Source: the human T2T-CHM13v2.0 reference genome, Homo sapiens. From it: a DNA stretch of 64,000 bases. Position numbers and translations under genes: made by a program. Below are positions 37,401 through 49,790 of this stretch, piece after piece. The notes under the pieces are model-generated. The model was not told the origin of the DNA. It did no database searches and worked only from the letters and a program-made list of their open reading frames with translations. How positions within the stretch are numbered: position 1 is the stretch's first letter; the number at the start of each line of letters is the position of its first letter. The DNA is taken from the NCBI RefSeq assembly GCF_009914755.1, contig NC_060933.1. One strand, written 5' to 3'.

Positions 37401-39884
37401 ATGGCATTGTGAAATTTTTGTGTTATTCAGGTCTGTCAGACCCATTAGGATCTCTTTATACCAGCTATTTTGTCCTTCAGCTCCTGTACCACTTTATTGT
37501 GATTTCTGTTTTCCTTGGGTTGGGTTTTGTCATCTTCCTGAATCTCAATGATATTTGTTCCTATCCATATTCTGAGTTCTATTTCTGTCATTACAACCAG
37601 TTCAGCCTGGTTAAGAACTCCTGTTGGAGAACTGGTATGGTCATCTGGAGTACATACAACATTCTGGCCATTTGAGTTACTGGAGTTCTTGCATCGGTTC
37701 TTTCTCATCTCGGCATGTGGGTGTTCCTTTAACTGCAGTGTAGATTAAGTACAGTCAATAGACTTCTTTTCTGAATGTTTTCACTGGGCCAAGGTTTTGC
37801 GTAGTGGCTTTATTTGAAGCTGACTTCTTATCTCTAGTTTCATAGGGGGGTATATTTGTGAGGTATTTTTGGTTTTGAAGCTTTGGGGTGTGATCCAGCA
37901 AATAACACTTAGGCTCATCGGTCAGTTTGTAGACTCTTGCTTAATTGTGTGGCTCCCCTATGTTTCCTCACAGTTGCAACTGTGTTCCCTCTCAGTGCTC
38001 TGAAAGTGTGGGTTCCTCTCCACCTTCAGTGCTGGCTGTAATCACAACTTAGCATTCATCGGCTGCTCACTGCAGCTCTGGTGTGATCTCAGTGTTTATG
38101 TTCCTTTCCCAGCTAAGAGGCAGCAGAGGAAGAGATCTTAGTAGTGGTTGTGGCCAAGGGTCATTTGCTTGACTCCTGGGGATCCACCCCAGAGAGATGC
38201 TGGTCAGCAATTGCTCAATGCAGTCAGCACAAAATGAACGGTTTGTGCTGTGGGCCCAAGCCAATGTTTCCTTGTCTGGTGACAAGCCATGGAGGGTGTG
38301 TGGGACCCATGGGAGACAGACTGGCCTCCTCTTCTTGGGTCGATTGCAGCTTGATGGAGATGTGGATAAGACACTTAAAGTCTTTGCTCCTTTGTTAGTC
38401 TGAGGGCAAGGGCAGTTCCACTGCAGAAGCAGTGGAAGAGAGGCTTTTGGTTGCCTCCGGAGGCTGTGTCCAAGGAGTTGCTGAACTGGTACTGGCTTGG
38501 TAGCTCTGGTGGCAGGTGGCTGGAGGCCCAGGCCTGGAGGACCTGCCTGGTGAGGAGATATGGGATCAGGCACCCACGTCACAGTCTGGTCACTTTTCTG
38601 TGGAGCTACTGTGGTATGTTTGGGGCCCATTCCAGTCCCCAGCCACCTGGGATTTTCTAGAACCTCGAGGTATCACAAGTGAATGCTGCAAAATGACAAA
38701 GATAGCAGGCAGCCTGTCCCTCCCTCTGGGGGCTTTGTCCCAGGGAGGTACAAACCTTTTGCTGGCCCAAAGCCACCTATAAGAAATGGCTGCAGACCCC
38801 AGTTAAGAGGTCCCATCCAGTGAGGAGGAATGAGATTAGGACCCACTTAAAAAAACAATCTGGCCACGTTTTGGTAGAGTACCTGTGCTGTGCTGGGGGT
38901 CCACTTTGGCCCCCAGTCACCTCAGACCCTCCAAAGCCCAAAGGCTGGAATGGCTAAGTCACTCAAACAGCAAAGATGGCGGCTCACCCCTCTCTCTGGG
39001 AGTGCTGTCCCAGGGGGAATTAAGATCGCTGTTGGCTGGAGAGCTTGGGTGGGAGTGGCTGGAGGCCCCAGTTGGGAGGTCCTACCCAGTGAGGGGGAAT
39101 GGGATCAGGCACCCACTTAAAGCAGCAGTCTGGCCAAATTTGGTAGAGCACCTGTGCTGTGCTGGGGGACCCCTTCAACCTGGGTTGGCTCAGACTCTCC
39201 AAAGCCCCAAGGCTGGAATGGCTAAGGTACCCAAACAGCAAAGATGGCAGCCTCCCCCTCCCCCTAGGAGATCCTTCTCAGGGAGGTGCAATGCCACTAC
39301 TGGTAGCCAGCTGGAGTTCCAAACCAGTGGGTCTTATCTTGTGAAGTGTCATGGAATTAGGGCCTGCAGGCTATTACTGCTCAGCCCCCTGGATTCAGCC
39401 TCTTTCCTATGGGTAGGTACAGGAATCTAACCTCCCACTTTGCTGGAGCTGCAGCTACTTTTGCAGGAAAGCCCAAGTATCTAAGGCTCCAGGGTCTCCA
39501 GGCATGCTTGAGCAGCTGCTCTGCCAAGACTCCACATAGCTCTGTCTGTCAGACTGAGGACTGAAGGCCCTGATGGAGTGGGTTCACAGGGAGATCTCCT
39601 AACCCAAGGGTTGCAAAGATCTGTGGGAGAAGCGTGTTTTCCCGGGATCGGTCATTCACTTCTTGGTCTAGGGAGGATCCCCTGGCTCCATGTTGCTCCC
39701 AGGTGAGCTGTTGTCTTGTCTTGCTTTTCTTCATTCTCTGTGGGTCAAACTGTTTCCTTGATTAGACCCAATGCCCAATGGACGTTTCCACTGAAGGTTT
39801 TGTATTTACTTGCCCCTTCTGTTCCTTTCCATGACAGCCACACACACACTATCTACCTGTAGTCAGCCATCTTGGCCACTCCCC
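32690..39884 (-). mobile_element. Full-length but decayed LINE-1 (~7.2 kb; L1PA13-16-like)
   Basis: 5' end GGGGAGTGGCCAAGATGGCTGAC at 39884, long 5' UTR, ORF1 and ORF2 remnants ([29 protein letters not shown]; [12 protein letters not shown]), 3' UTR and T tail at 32690. TSD TACAGATTTCTTT at 32677-32689 and 39885-39897. Confidence 0.95.
34415..34457 (+). repeat. (TG)n microsatellite within L1 ORF2
   Basis: About 21 TG units seen directly. Confidence 0.92.
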
Positions 39885-39950
39885 TACAGATTTCTTTGTT
39901 CCCTCTCCACTCTTCACTGCTTCACTAGCCTTTTGAAAAAAAAAACAAAG
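39885..39950 (+). pseudogene. Y3 RNA pseudogene, 3' part with A tail
   Basis: tacagatttctttgttccctctccactcttcactgcttcactagcctttt resembles the hY3 3' half (TTACAGATTTCTTTGTTCCTTCTCCACTCCCACTGCTTCACTTGACTAGCCTTTT), followed by gaaaaaaaaaacaaag. Confidence 0.9.
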
Positions 39951-40779
39951 AAAAATGGTTTATTAAAACATAACAATTGGAAATATTTTGAACATGATTT
40001 ACATGGCCACCTTCTGTGAAATTCCTGAATTCAGCAAATATTGTTTTGGGTCATATAACTCCATGCATTATTGACCTACAGCCAGCAAGCTCTTGACAAT
40101 AGCCATACACATAGTACATGTCTTTGGCTTGCCCATTAGATCATCCCAATTCATCTGATGGTTAATTTAGCTACAATTTGGTTATTGTCAGAGAAATTAT
40201 ATTTGTCTTTCAGATGAATATAAAATATTTCGTTTTCTTTCCTAATTAATTTGCTCTTTTCACATTTTTTACTAATGTAAAAGATATTTTGGCCTTTCAT
40301 TCTGGATATTATTTGCTATTAAATGACTGATTTTTTATGAATTCTCTCCATTGTTGTTTCTCAGTTTTTAATTTGCTTTTGGAATTTTCAATTAGCCAAT
40401 TTTAGATTCTTGTTAGAATTTATTTGTATTTCTAAAAATAATAATAATAAACATTACTTAATTCAACTTATTAAGAGATATTTGAGGCCCTTACAACATC
40501 AAGAGATTCGTTTTTCAAAATATTTTAGGATATATGAGGATTGTGATATTTATATTTTGTATAACTTTTTGAGATTTTTTCCTTATTGAATTAAGTAAAA
40601 ATTAAAGTTTCAATAATTTTTATCTTGTCTCTGAATATTTTATTCTTTAATTTTTGAAATAGTTTATTTTAAAACATTCTTAAGAATGAAAATGACTTAA
40701 AAATATATTGACCAAAAGATATTCTGAAGCTATGAAGGTCTCTAGTCCCAAGGAATATTTTATATTTAAATATTTACTT

Positions 40780-42220
40780 TTTATGCATATTTATGAAAAG
40801 CTTTTAAATTAAATGTTAAGAGCTATCAGATTCATGAGACAGACAAAGCAATAAGAAAAAGAGTTTGAATTACCAATTAGGTAATTTATAAGGGCTGTCT
40901 CAAATTTTGATTTATCTGCTGATAAGTCTTCTCTTCCAAGGCATCATATTTGCAGTTATCAAATGAAGCAATGGCGCCATGCAAACTACACCATCACCTC
41001 AGCCCTACTTCTACACATTAAATGAAAAAATTATTTTTATGCATCTACATGCACAAAATAAGAAATAAACTTCTTTTATGACATTGGTAACAACAATACC
41101 AGAGCACTGGTTACAAAGTTATGAAAAAAAATTGCTGAAGCTAAAATGCCACACAAATGCAGAATTGTGCTTTTTATCTGCCTGCATGGAAATTGTCAAC
41201 AGCCTAATTGGGACCACTGGAAGCAAAAGAAAGAGAAAGATGTCCCCCATCAGATAACAGGATTAGCAGACACATGGATGACATTTCGTATAATGTAGAA
41301 ATCACACTAACTCAGAAGATTCAGAAGATTATCAATTGATTGGTATAAGTACAGATATGAGTAACTCTATCAATTTAGAGTACTAATTAGAAGGCCCAAA
41401 GAGAAATTATTTGTTCCAGAACCAAAGTGCTAAATCAAACTATTGCAGATGAATTATTTGAGGTAAGAAATGAAGATCTGGGGGGAAAAACGAAAAGAAA
41501 TATGATGGAAACACTGCAGGGGGTTGTGCACTCAGGATTTGTTTGCAATGTCAGGAAGATGTGAAGGCCCTATACAACATGGATTTTATCTGAAACCCTG
41601 AGATTCAAGTAACACATGTTGTTTATTCATAGAGAAGCTCTCATATGTAAATGTTTGCCTATGGCTCTAAATTGCACATTGAATGATGAAACTAAAATGG
41701 TGAATCTAACAAAATACAAGCTCTTGGGGTCCATCTGGTTTCAGTTTTCAGTGAAGCATGAGATCAGAGTATCACTCTGTTTTTTATATCAGAATGTATT
41801 GGCATTCAAGGCAAGAGAGCTGTCAAAAATACATGCACCAAAATAAGAACTTTTTGCAAACAAATCTCACCTTGCAGATTTGTTGAAGGATAGTCTTAGC
41901 TTAAATACAGTAGCTTAACTAACATTTTTGTGCATCTGCATTTAAATTGAAAATTAAAAATTTTTTGAATTTAAAAATGTGTAAAACGCATGCACGTGTG
42001 TGTGTGTGTGTGTGTGCGCGCGCACGCACATGTGCATGTGTGCGCCTGTGTGTGTGAATTAACAATCCTTTATTAGGGATTGAAAGCAAAATGCCAAATT
42101 TGGAGAAGTAAAGTGAAAATGGTTCACATGTGATGATTAGTCAATTTTATTAGTGAATTGTTAAGATTAGTATGCTGACATCTGTATGTGCTGAAGAAAA
42201 AAAGCTTTGACTTTATTGGT
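40780..42220 (+). mobile_element. Fossil hAT (Charlie/Buster-family) transposase coding remnant
   Basis: ORF 41616 reads ...FIHREALICK, preceded by acacat (T-H). This matches the Buster-type HCxIHREAL (CxxH) motif. Multiple stops and frameshifts. Confidence 0.6.
41986..42045. repeat. ~60-bp alternating purine-pyrimidine tract, (TG)n(CG)n mix
   Basis: acgcatgcacgtgtg...gtgcgcgcgcacgcacatgtgcatgtgtgcgc. Confidence 0.85.
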
Positions 42221-42225
42221 AAATA

Positions 42226-43270
42226 CAGGCATACTTCACTTTATTGCTCTAATGGAGATATATGTGGAGATGAATGTTGTTTTCATGCCTCCTTAGACAA
42301 CATCCATTCTGCCACCCATGGATCAAGGAGTAATTTAGACTTTCAGGTCTTATTATTTAAGAAATCCATTTTGTAAGGCTATTGCTGCCATAGATAGTGA
42401 TTCCTCTGATGGATCTGGAATAATAAACTGAAAACTTTCTGGAAAGGATTCACCATTCTAGATGCCATTAAGAATATTTGTGATTCATGGGAGGAGGTCA
42501 AAATAGAAACATTAATAGGAATTTCAAAGAAGTTGATTTCAATCCACATGGATGACTTTGAGGAGTTCAAGACTTCAGTGGAGGAAGTAACTGCATGTGT
42601 GGAGGAAATAGCAAGAGAACTAGAATCAGAAGTGGAGCCTGGACATTGACTGAATTACTACAATCTCATGAGAAAACTTCATTAGATGAGGAGTTGCTTC
42701 TTACAGATGAGCAACAACAACAAGAAAGTGGATGCTTGATATGGACTTTACTTCAGGTGAGGATGCTGTGACCACTGTTGAAATGGCAACAAAAAATTTA
42801 GAATGTTATATAAAGTTAGCTGATAAAGCAGTAGCAGGTTTTGAGAGGATTGACTCCAGTTTTGAAAGACATTCTATTGTGGATTAAAGGCTATCAAACA
42901 GCATCAAGTACTACAGAGAAATCTATCAAGAAAGGAAGAGTCCATTGATGCGGCAAACTTTATAGTTGTCTTATTTTAAGAAATTGCCACAGCCACCCCA
43001 AGCTGTAGCAACCACCAGCAAAAAGATTATGACTCACTGAAGGCTCAAATAATCATTAGCATTTTTTAGCAATGAAGTATTTTCAATTAAGGTATGTACA
43101 TTGTTTTTTAAACATAATGTTATTGTACATTTAATAGACTACAGTATTCTGTAAACATAACTTTCATATGCACTGGGAAATCAAAAAATGTGTGCAGCTT
43201 GCCTTATTGCAATATTTGCTTTATTGTGGTGGTCTGGAACCAAACCCACAATATCTCCAATGTATGCCTG
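42226..43270 (+). mobile_element. Tigger1 (TcMar) internally deleted copy
   Basis: Terminal inverted repeats caggcatac...gtatgcctg after a TA. Internal ggaaaggattcaccattctagatgccattaagaa and gacttcagtggaggaagtaactgc match Tigger1 transposase DNA. Confidence 0.9.
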
Positions 43271-43784
43271 CACTTGACTAGACAAAATGTAATTGTGTTA
43301 AGTTGACCCATATGTAATTGCCATTTTCTAGGTGAAGGGTGCCCTAATATTGGCAGTTCCATATGTTTCAACCTATCATTTAAAATCTATCACTATACGT
43401 GACAAACTTCCGCAGGACTTGAAAGTAGCCATTTCAAGTATAAATCTTGATATCTAAAAGAAGTTATACATAAATTTGTCAAAAGTCATAAAATTATACA
43501 CTTTAAATGATATTTCTATATATAAATTATACCTCAATAAAATAATTCAGATCATAGAAGTGAAATTGTTTCTCATTAAAAATTAAAAATATTTTATTTA
43601 GAAGTTTAATACTTGTTCAATATTTATTTCCTAATATCTTATATTTTATCTATCTTATTATAATCTTATTATAAGTATATACAGAGTTTTATCACTAAGT
43701 CCCATGCTGATGGCCACAAATTCCTTCCAATGCATCCCCGTGTGCTTTACACATTCTATAAATGACAAGAAATGAAAAGGTTGG

Positions 43785-44760
43785 ATGTGGCAGAGATTTC
43801 TAGCTGTCCACCAAAATACATTATCCTCTTCATTCATAAAATGTGAATTGAATTATGGTTCTGGATTATTCATTCTCTAGCTGTATTAAAATTACACATC
43901 CATACCTTGGCAGTGCGAGTTTGCAGCATCTCCCAGTAGAACAGGCAGCGTATCTTCCCTGCCCTGTTGATGTTGGACTTGGTAATGTGACTTGCTTTGG
44001 CCACCGGAATTTAAGTGAAAGTGACAGTGTGCTGTCACTTTCTGGGCTGAGTCTCCAGAGGCATCAAGCATCTCTGCTCATTCTCGTGCACTTCTATTAT
44101 AAGAAGAACATGCCCCAAAGAGACACTGCCCTTTCAGCCGGGGCCCCAGAACAAATGTACATGGAGCCAAACTAACACCCTGGCATCATGCCCAACCAAC
44201 CTGTAGCCTTAATCGGAGCCTTCCAGTTCAGCTTAGGTTAGATCAGCTGAACAACAGCCAATGTGCACATTTGTGAGAGTGAGAATAAATGCGTGTTGTT
44301 TAAAAGCCTCCAGGTTTGTAAGTGGTTTGTTACACAGCATTAGGGCAATGACAGCTGAATTACACTCACACCAATTAAGCTGTTGTTGGATACATGGCTG
44401 CCTTATCAGACTACATGTGCCTCACAGTTAGGTGTTGACATGTGACTAACTTCTTACCAATGAAATATAAGCAGAAGTGTTACATGTCACTTTCAGATCC
44501 AGGCAAGACCATTAATGTGCCTCTTCTGTCTTCCCATTGGCTAGGACCAAGATATGGAAGCCACCCAGCTTTGATAACCTATATGATGACAATGCCCTTA
44601 GGGATGATAGAACAATGACTTTGAAAGATTCTTGCTCCCTAGATGACTGCAGACCTAACTGCTCACCTTAGAACTGAGATGAAAGAAAAGTAAGTTTCTA
44701 TATTCTTTGAGCCACTATATTTTGAATGTCTCTTACAGCCACTTATTTTTATCCTTAAGA
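43785..44760. mobile_element. MLT1-type MaLR LTRs, apparently one nested in another
   Basis: aatgtgacttgctttggcc; gagtgagaataaatgcgtgttgtttaaaagcc...gtttgttacacagcatt; catgtgactaacttcttaccaatgaaat. Confidence 0.6.
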
Positions 44761-47700
44761 ATGAAGTTAGGAAACACTTCCTTCTCTGAGAAGTTCCATG
44801 GTATTATTCTTGGAAATTTAACCCCAAGTTTGCTTTTCTGGCAATGACTCCCCCTGCCCAGTGATTTTGTGAGCTACACCATATCTTTTTAATGTTACTT
44901 CTTTTCTGCTAGTCAGGTTCTGGTGACATAACAAACAAACAGAAGATATAAGGAAAGACAGAAGCACTGTGAGCCTTTCCTGTCAAATTCAGCTTTAAAA
45001 GCTTCTAACATGTGTGATGGCCAAGCTCTTGCTGAATTTTTTTTACATAAGGCTTTCCAGACACCACTGAGCCTCCCTTCCTCATCCTCTCTCTCTCATT
45101 CAAGCTGATCTAATCCCTTCAGCTCTTCATTCAACAATCATTTACAGGGCAGCTGCTATGCACCAGACACTGGGGTATAAAGACAAATGAAAGTGTATTG
45201 GTCAGAAGTTACTAGGTATGCTGCAGTAACAAATAGCCCTTAAATTTCCATAAATCCTAAATAGCCCTGAAATCTGCAAATCCTAAACAATTTATTTATT
45301 GCTTATTCTACATGATGATCACATGTCAGCTTCCATTCAGGAACCAGGCTGACAGAACAACCTGGAATACTTGCTAGTCATCATGGCAAAGGGCAAAATG
45401 AAAGAATATGGCAAACCATATGCTGGCTTTTAAAGCTGCTGACTCAAAATGATTCACATCACTTAATAAGCCAAGGAAAGTCTCATGGAAAACCCTGACA
45501 TGAATAGGGTAGGGAAATAGAGAAGAGCATGTATATTTGCAAACAAGAACAGAGTCTGCCACAAGGAAGAGCCCAGCCTGCCCTCTGTTCCTCTATGCCA
45601 CCACACATCTCCTAGATACTTCTCTATCTGCACTCTCTAAGCTGCACCACAATTCACTGTGTATGTGTCCATACCTCCTCCAGTGCCAGAAGCTCCATGA
45701 GGCAGGGAACATATCTTATGCATCATCCAGCCCAGCACAATGCCTGGTACAGGGTATATAATTTATTCTATTGTATATTTGGAGAATAAAGGAATAATGA
45801 GTGGATGGGATCAAATTGCTCCTGGTCTTGGGAGGGTATGAGATAGGAAAGTGAACACTCACAGAACGAGCTAGCGGGATATTTAGGGAGTAATAATGGA
45901 AGAATGACAACTTAGTTAGGTTCCTTCACCCAGAAGATAGAAGATCTCGCACAAATTGGGATTAGATTGTTTATAACAAGTAGTTCCTTAGACGCGGTAT
46001 CCTTGACTACTTGAAATTTGTTGCCAATCTTTGAAAGAAGGTAAGGGAGAGGGAAAGTGAAATCGCACTAACTGTGCAAAGATGGAGATGCGAGAAGCTG
46101 ACTACAAACCCCAACTGACCAAGGTGGCTATAGCAGCTGGAAGGACTCTCCCTTGAACATGCAGTCAGCAAGCTTACCACTGGGAGATGATCTGAAAGCT
46201 TAACAAAAATGGAACTCCTAGACAGACTACCACAGGTCATTCAAAAGCTATGCCCAAGGTGACTTCAACCAGAAATAAATGCAGGAACATACGTTTCTCG
46301 GCCGGGCCACCTGGGACTTAGTTCTGTTCTACACCTTAGCTGTCCTGTTCACCACACGTGGCTCCAAATAACCTTTAGCCATTTCCAGATATTGAAGCCA
46401 ATCTCTCAGGGCAAGAATTTGCTGTCACCGAGCCACAGGCTCTGTGAAAGAAGGGTTTTACCCTTTTTTATGACAAGATATCAATGTTAAACTTGCAATA
46501 CTAATAGAATTATGGAATGTCAGAATTGGCAGAAACTTAAAAGTCAAAGGCTTAGATCCTCTCATTTCGGAGCTCTGGATTCTAAGTTCCTTGAGGACAG
46601 AAACCATGTCTGGTTGTATGGCCAATGCCCCCCCCCCAGCACAGAGTTTCACCAATAAATGGTGTTCAATAAATGTTATTGAATGAGAGAAGAGCTGAAA
46701 AGTAAGTAATAGTGATTAAATGAAAAAAAAAAAAAAGAATGAGAGGCCGAATGAATGAATGCAATGTGGAAACTGAGACGCAAAGATACGCAGTATTATG
46801 CCCAAAATTACACAATGACTTAGAGCTGCAATTAAAAGCCAGGTCCTCTGGCATCTAGGATAGAGTCTTTTATGACAGAAGGAGAATTAAGCACCTTCCC
46901 AGTTCAGGGGCTTCCCAAGTTGTTTTCTTTCAGCCCCCTACCCCTACACCTCCCAGGATATGTCTGGGGACTTTCCCTTCACTCCACCCTCACCTACTGC
47001 GTGTCTAAGACTCCACACCACTTCCTTCAGGCATGCAGGTGTCCTGGGTGAGTGCAGAGTGGGGGACTGTTCTCCCAGTGTGACAGCCCTGCTAAGCAGC
47101 CTCTGAGTAAAGGGTTGGTGGCAATGGAAGTGAGGGCTTGACTAGACCCCAACAAAAAGCTGGGTTAGCCTAGTCCCTGGGCTCCAATGATAAATGATGC
47201 TCTCTGGAGTGTGTGGATGCTAGCTGGGCTCCCAGCTGGCTTGTGGGTGCTCAGATCCAGCCCACAGTGCCCTCCAATTGGCCCTCACAGGCAACCATCC
47301 TTCCTCTGGTTCCATTACCATCTGTTCTCTTAACACCTCCCACTCCCTCCTCCAGCTAATCTAAGAGCAGGAATCCCTCCTCGCCCTCTCAAACATTTTA
47401 ACTACTCCTTGAGTCCTCTCCAGCTCACGTAGGACATGCTTTTGAAATCTAAAGCCAGGAAGAAGATGTCTTTCTGCTGCTTTCTACTAAAGAGGAAAAA
47501 AATAATGATGGGGCTGGGGAAGACTGGTCAATACCTCAAAACATTATCCTACCACAAGATGCCTGGGGATTTGCAGAGTACTCTCACCTGCATTACTTTA
47601 CAGGCATAAGAATATGTCTTTAGAAGGTGACTTCAAATGATTTGCTTGTATAAATTCAGACATGTTCCCTTAAAATTCGTCTCCTGGCAGTATTCTTACC

Positions 47701-49790
47701 TTACAGTGCCAAGTCAGTGTGCCCACCTCATCACCATGGGCCCTTCCTTCATCTGTATCAGTGTAAAGTTTGTTGCCATGATATTTAAAGGAATGTTCAG
47801 ATTTCAACCCCATCTTCTCCCTCCAGGAGTCCCAGAGGCTGGCCTCTCTCTAGGCCAATCCTCAAGCATCTGGTAAGTATAGTGGCCATATCAAAGTGGA
47901 GACCATTGGGAAAAGTTTGTTGACTGACTTTCTGAGAATATTGGCAATTCAGCCAATTTAAAATAATAATAATAATAATAATAATCCCCACTGCTGTATA
48001 CACCTCCAACTATCTCCACTTACTGCCTAAGCATTCCTCTCCAATTGTAGTCCACCTAACTAGGAAGAAGGGGAAAGAGAGGGAGGAGAATTTTCTAAGT
48101 CCCTAATATATGCCAAGCTCTAGGGAAGTCACCAATGTCAAGGCCAACAGCCTCAATCTCTCCTTGTTGTTTGCATATTTACGTGAATATTAAATTCTGA
48201 TTACAACCACACTGTCTCAACCTGACACCTGAATATGGAAAGCCCAACTGAGAACAATATGTGCATGTTTTCCTAAATAAAGCAAATCAAAAAACTGAGT
48301 CCGTTATTCTGATATCTTAGGGAAAGAGTATCTCTGGTCTGCTTCAATGATCCAAATCTTGTTGTGATGTGGTCCATGTTGAACTGCCAGATATTGGTTT
48401 GTAGAGGGAGACATATGCCCACATGTCCATTGTCCATACTCAAGAGCTAGCCCTTCAGTCATAAGATATCCCTGATTGCTGGCACAAAATACAAGTGTTT
48501 CTTAAAGAACCTCTGCTTCTCTTGCCAAGGCAGGAGGTGAGGAACCTGTACGACGTGCATCCCAGGAAACATGCAGAGCCCACCATTTGCTTTTTAACCC
48601 CAGGAGGCCATAAGATGGCATAGGCTGACCAACTTGGGGCCACTGAGCAGGCAAAAGTTCAAAAATAATCACCTCAAAAGGCAGAGGCAGCAGATGTCAG
48701 AAACACATTCTATTTAATGCTTTTTGGCTGCCTGGTGGGAGCTAACTGGCAGTCAGGCTGTCAACGCCAGTGATATTTAATTTAATTTTTCCCATGAAAA
48801 CACTGTGGGGACTCATTAATCCAGAGAGCCCATTTCCTGGGAATAATAATGAGATTTTACCAGGTACACAATTGTTCCAGTTGCCTCCCTTACTTCATTA
48901 TTCGCTGAAGTATTCCAGAGACCACTGATGCTATTTTTGATCTGGAAGTAAGGGGCAGAGTCCACTGAGCCAATCACATAGGGAGACACTCCTGTCCTTA
49001 AAGTGTTCTCTGGACCCTGCCAAACCAGGTCATCTCAAGCACGTAAGACTTAAGGTCAGAGAGTTTCTATTGATGTGGATGCCACTTTGGTTTACTAAAG
49101 GCGCATGCTATAGTTTCAGAATAAGACTGTGAAGAATGACGGGATCTGGAGGAAGTTGTTTATCCAGAGCTGAAACATAAGGAAGCCAATTTCAAGGGTG
49201 GGGCATCCACCCTCAGAACAAGACTCTTCTTCTTAGAGCCTCATTGTTAGCCATGAATCTTGGGCTACTCAGATGGACCCAGTCACCCAGGGTTCCCTCT
49301 CCTGAGACACATTTACACCTGCAAAGATACTGCCCGTAGCGCCCTGTCAAAATCTGACTGTCCCAGTCCCATTTCTTCAATGTCTGCCTGGTGACTGAGA
49401 AGTCAATCAAATACACTGATTAGTAATAGAGAATTAATGGATGATAATTACTTATGTGTTGTCCTTCCAAATAAAAATAATAATATGGATTCAGCTGAAG
49501 TTTAAGTCTTAACCTGAATTTTCCAATTACGGGAATTTTAGGCAATACGGCAGGCCAGTGGAGAAATTTGAGAAAGGAGTTAGGAAATTGGTCTCCTTTT
49601 GCATCAAATAAGCCACTAGTTATTCTGTTAACACTTAGAGCTGGCTCTGCATACTCCCATCTGGGAAAGGAGGAGAGTCTATTAAGTTGGGTGCTAAAGT
49701 ATGATTTACAATAAAAAGGCCAAAAAAATTGAAATGGCCATATGTTAATCTTGGGGAATCTTGCACAGTTACTGACATTATTATGCGGAG

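Noticed and set aside
38067-39430. 187-aa and 181-aa ORFs
   Set aside because: They lie in the GC-rich repetitive L1 5' UTR and have no recognisable domain.
47800-47880. Perfect plus-strand donor TG|GTAAGT near 47872 suggesting a lncRNA exon
   Set aside because: The upstream acceptor is weak, and such motifs occur by chance many times in 64 kb.
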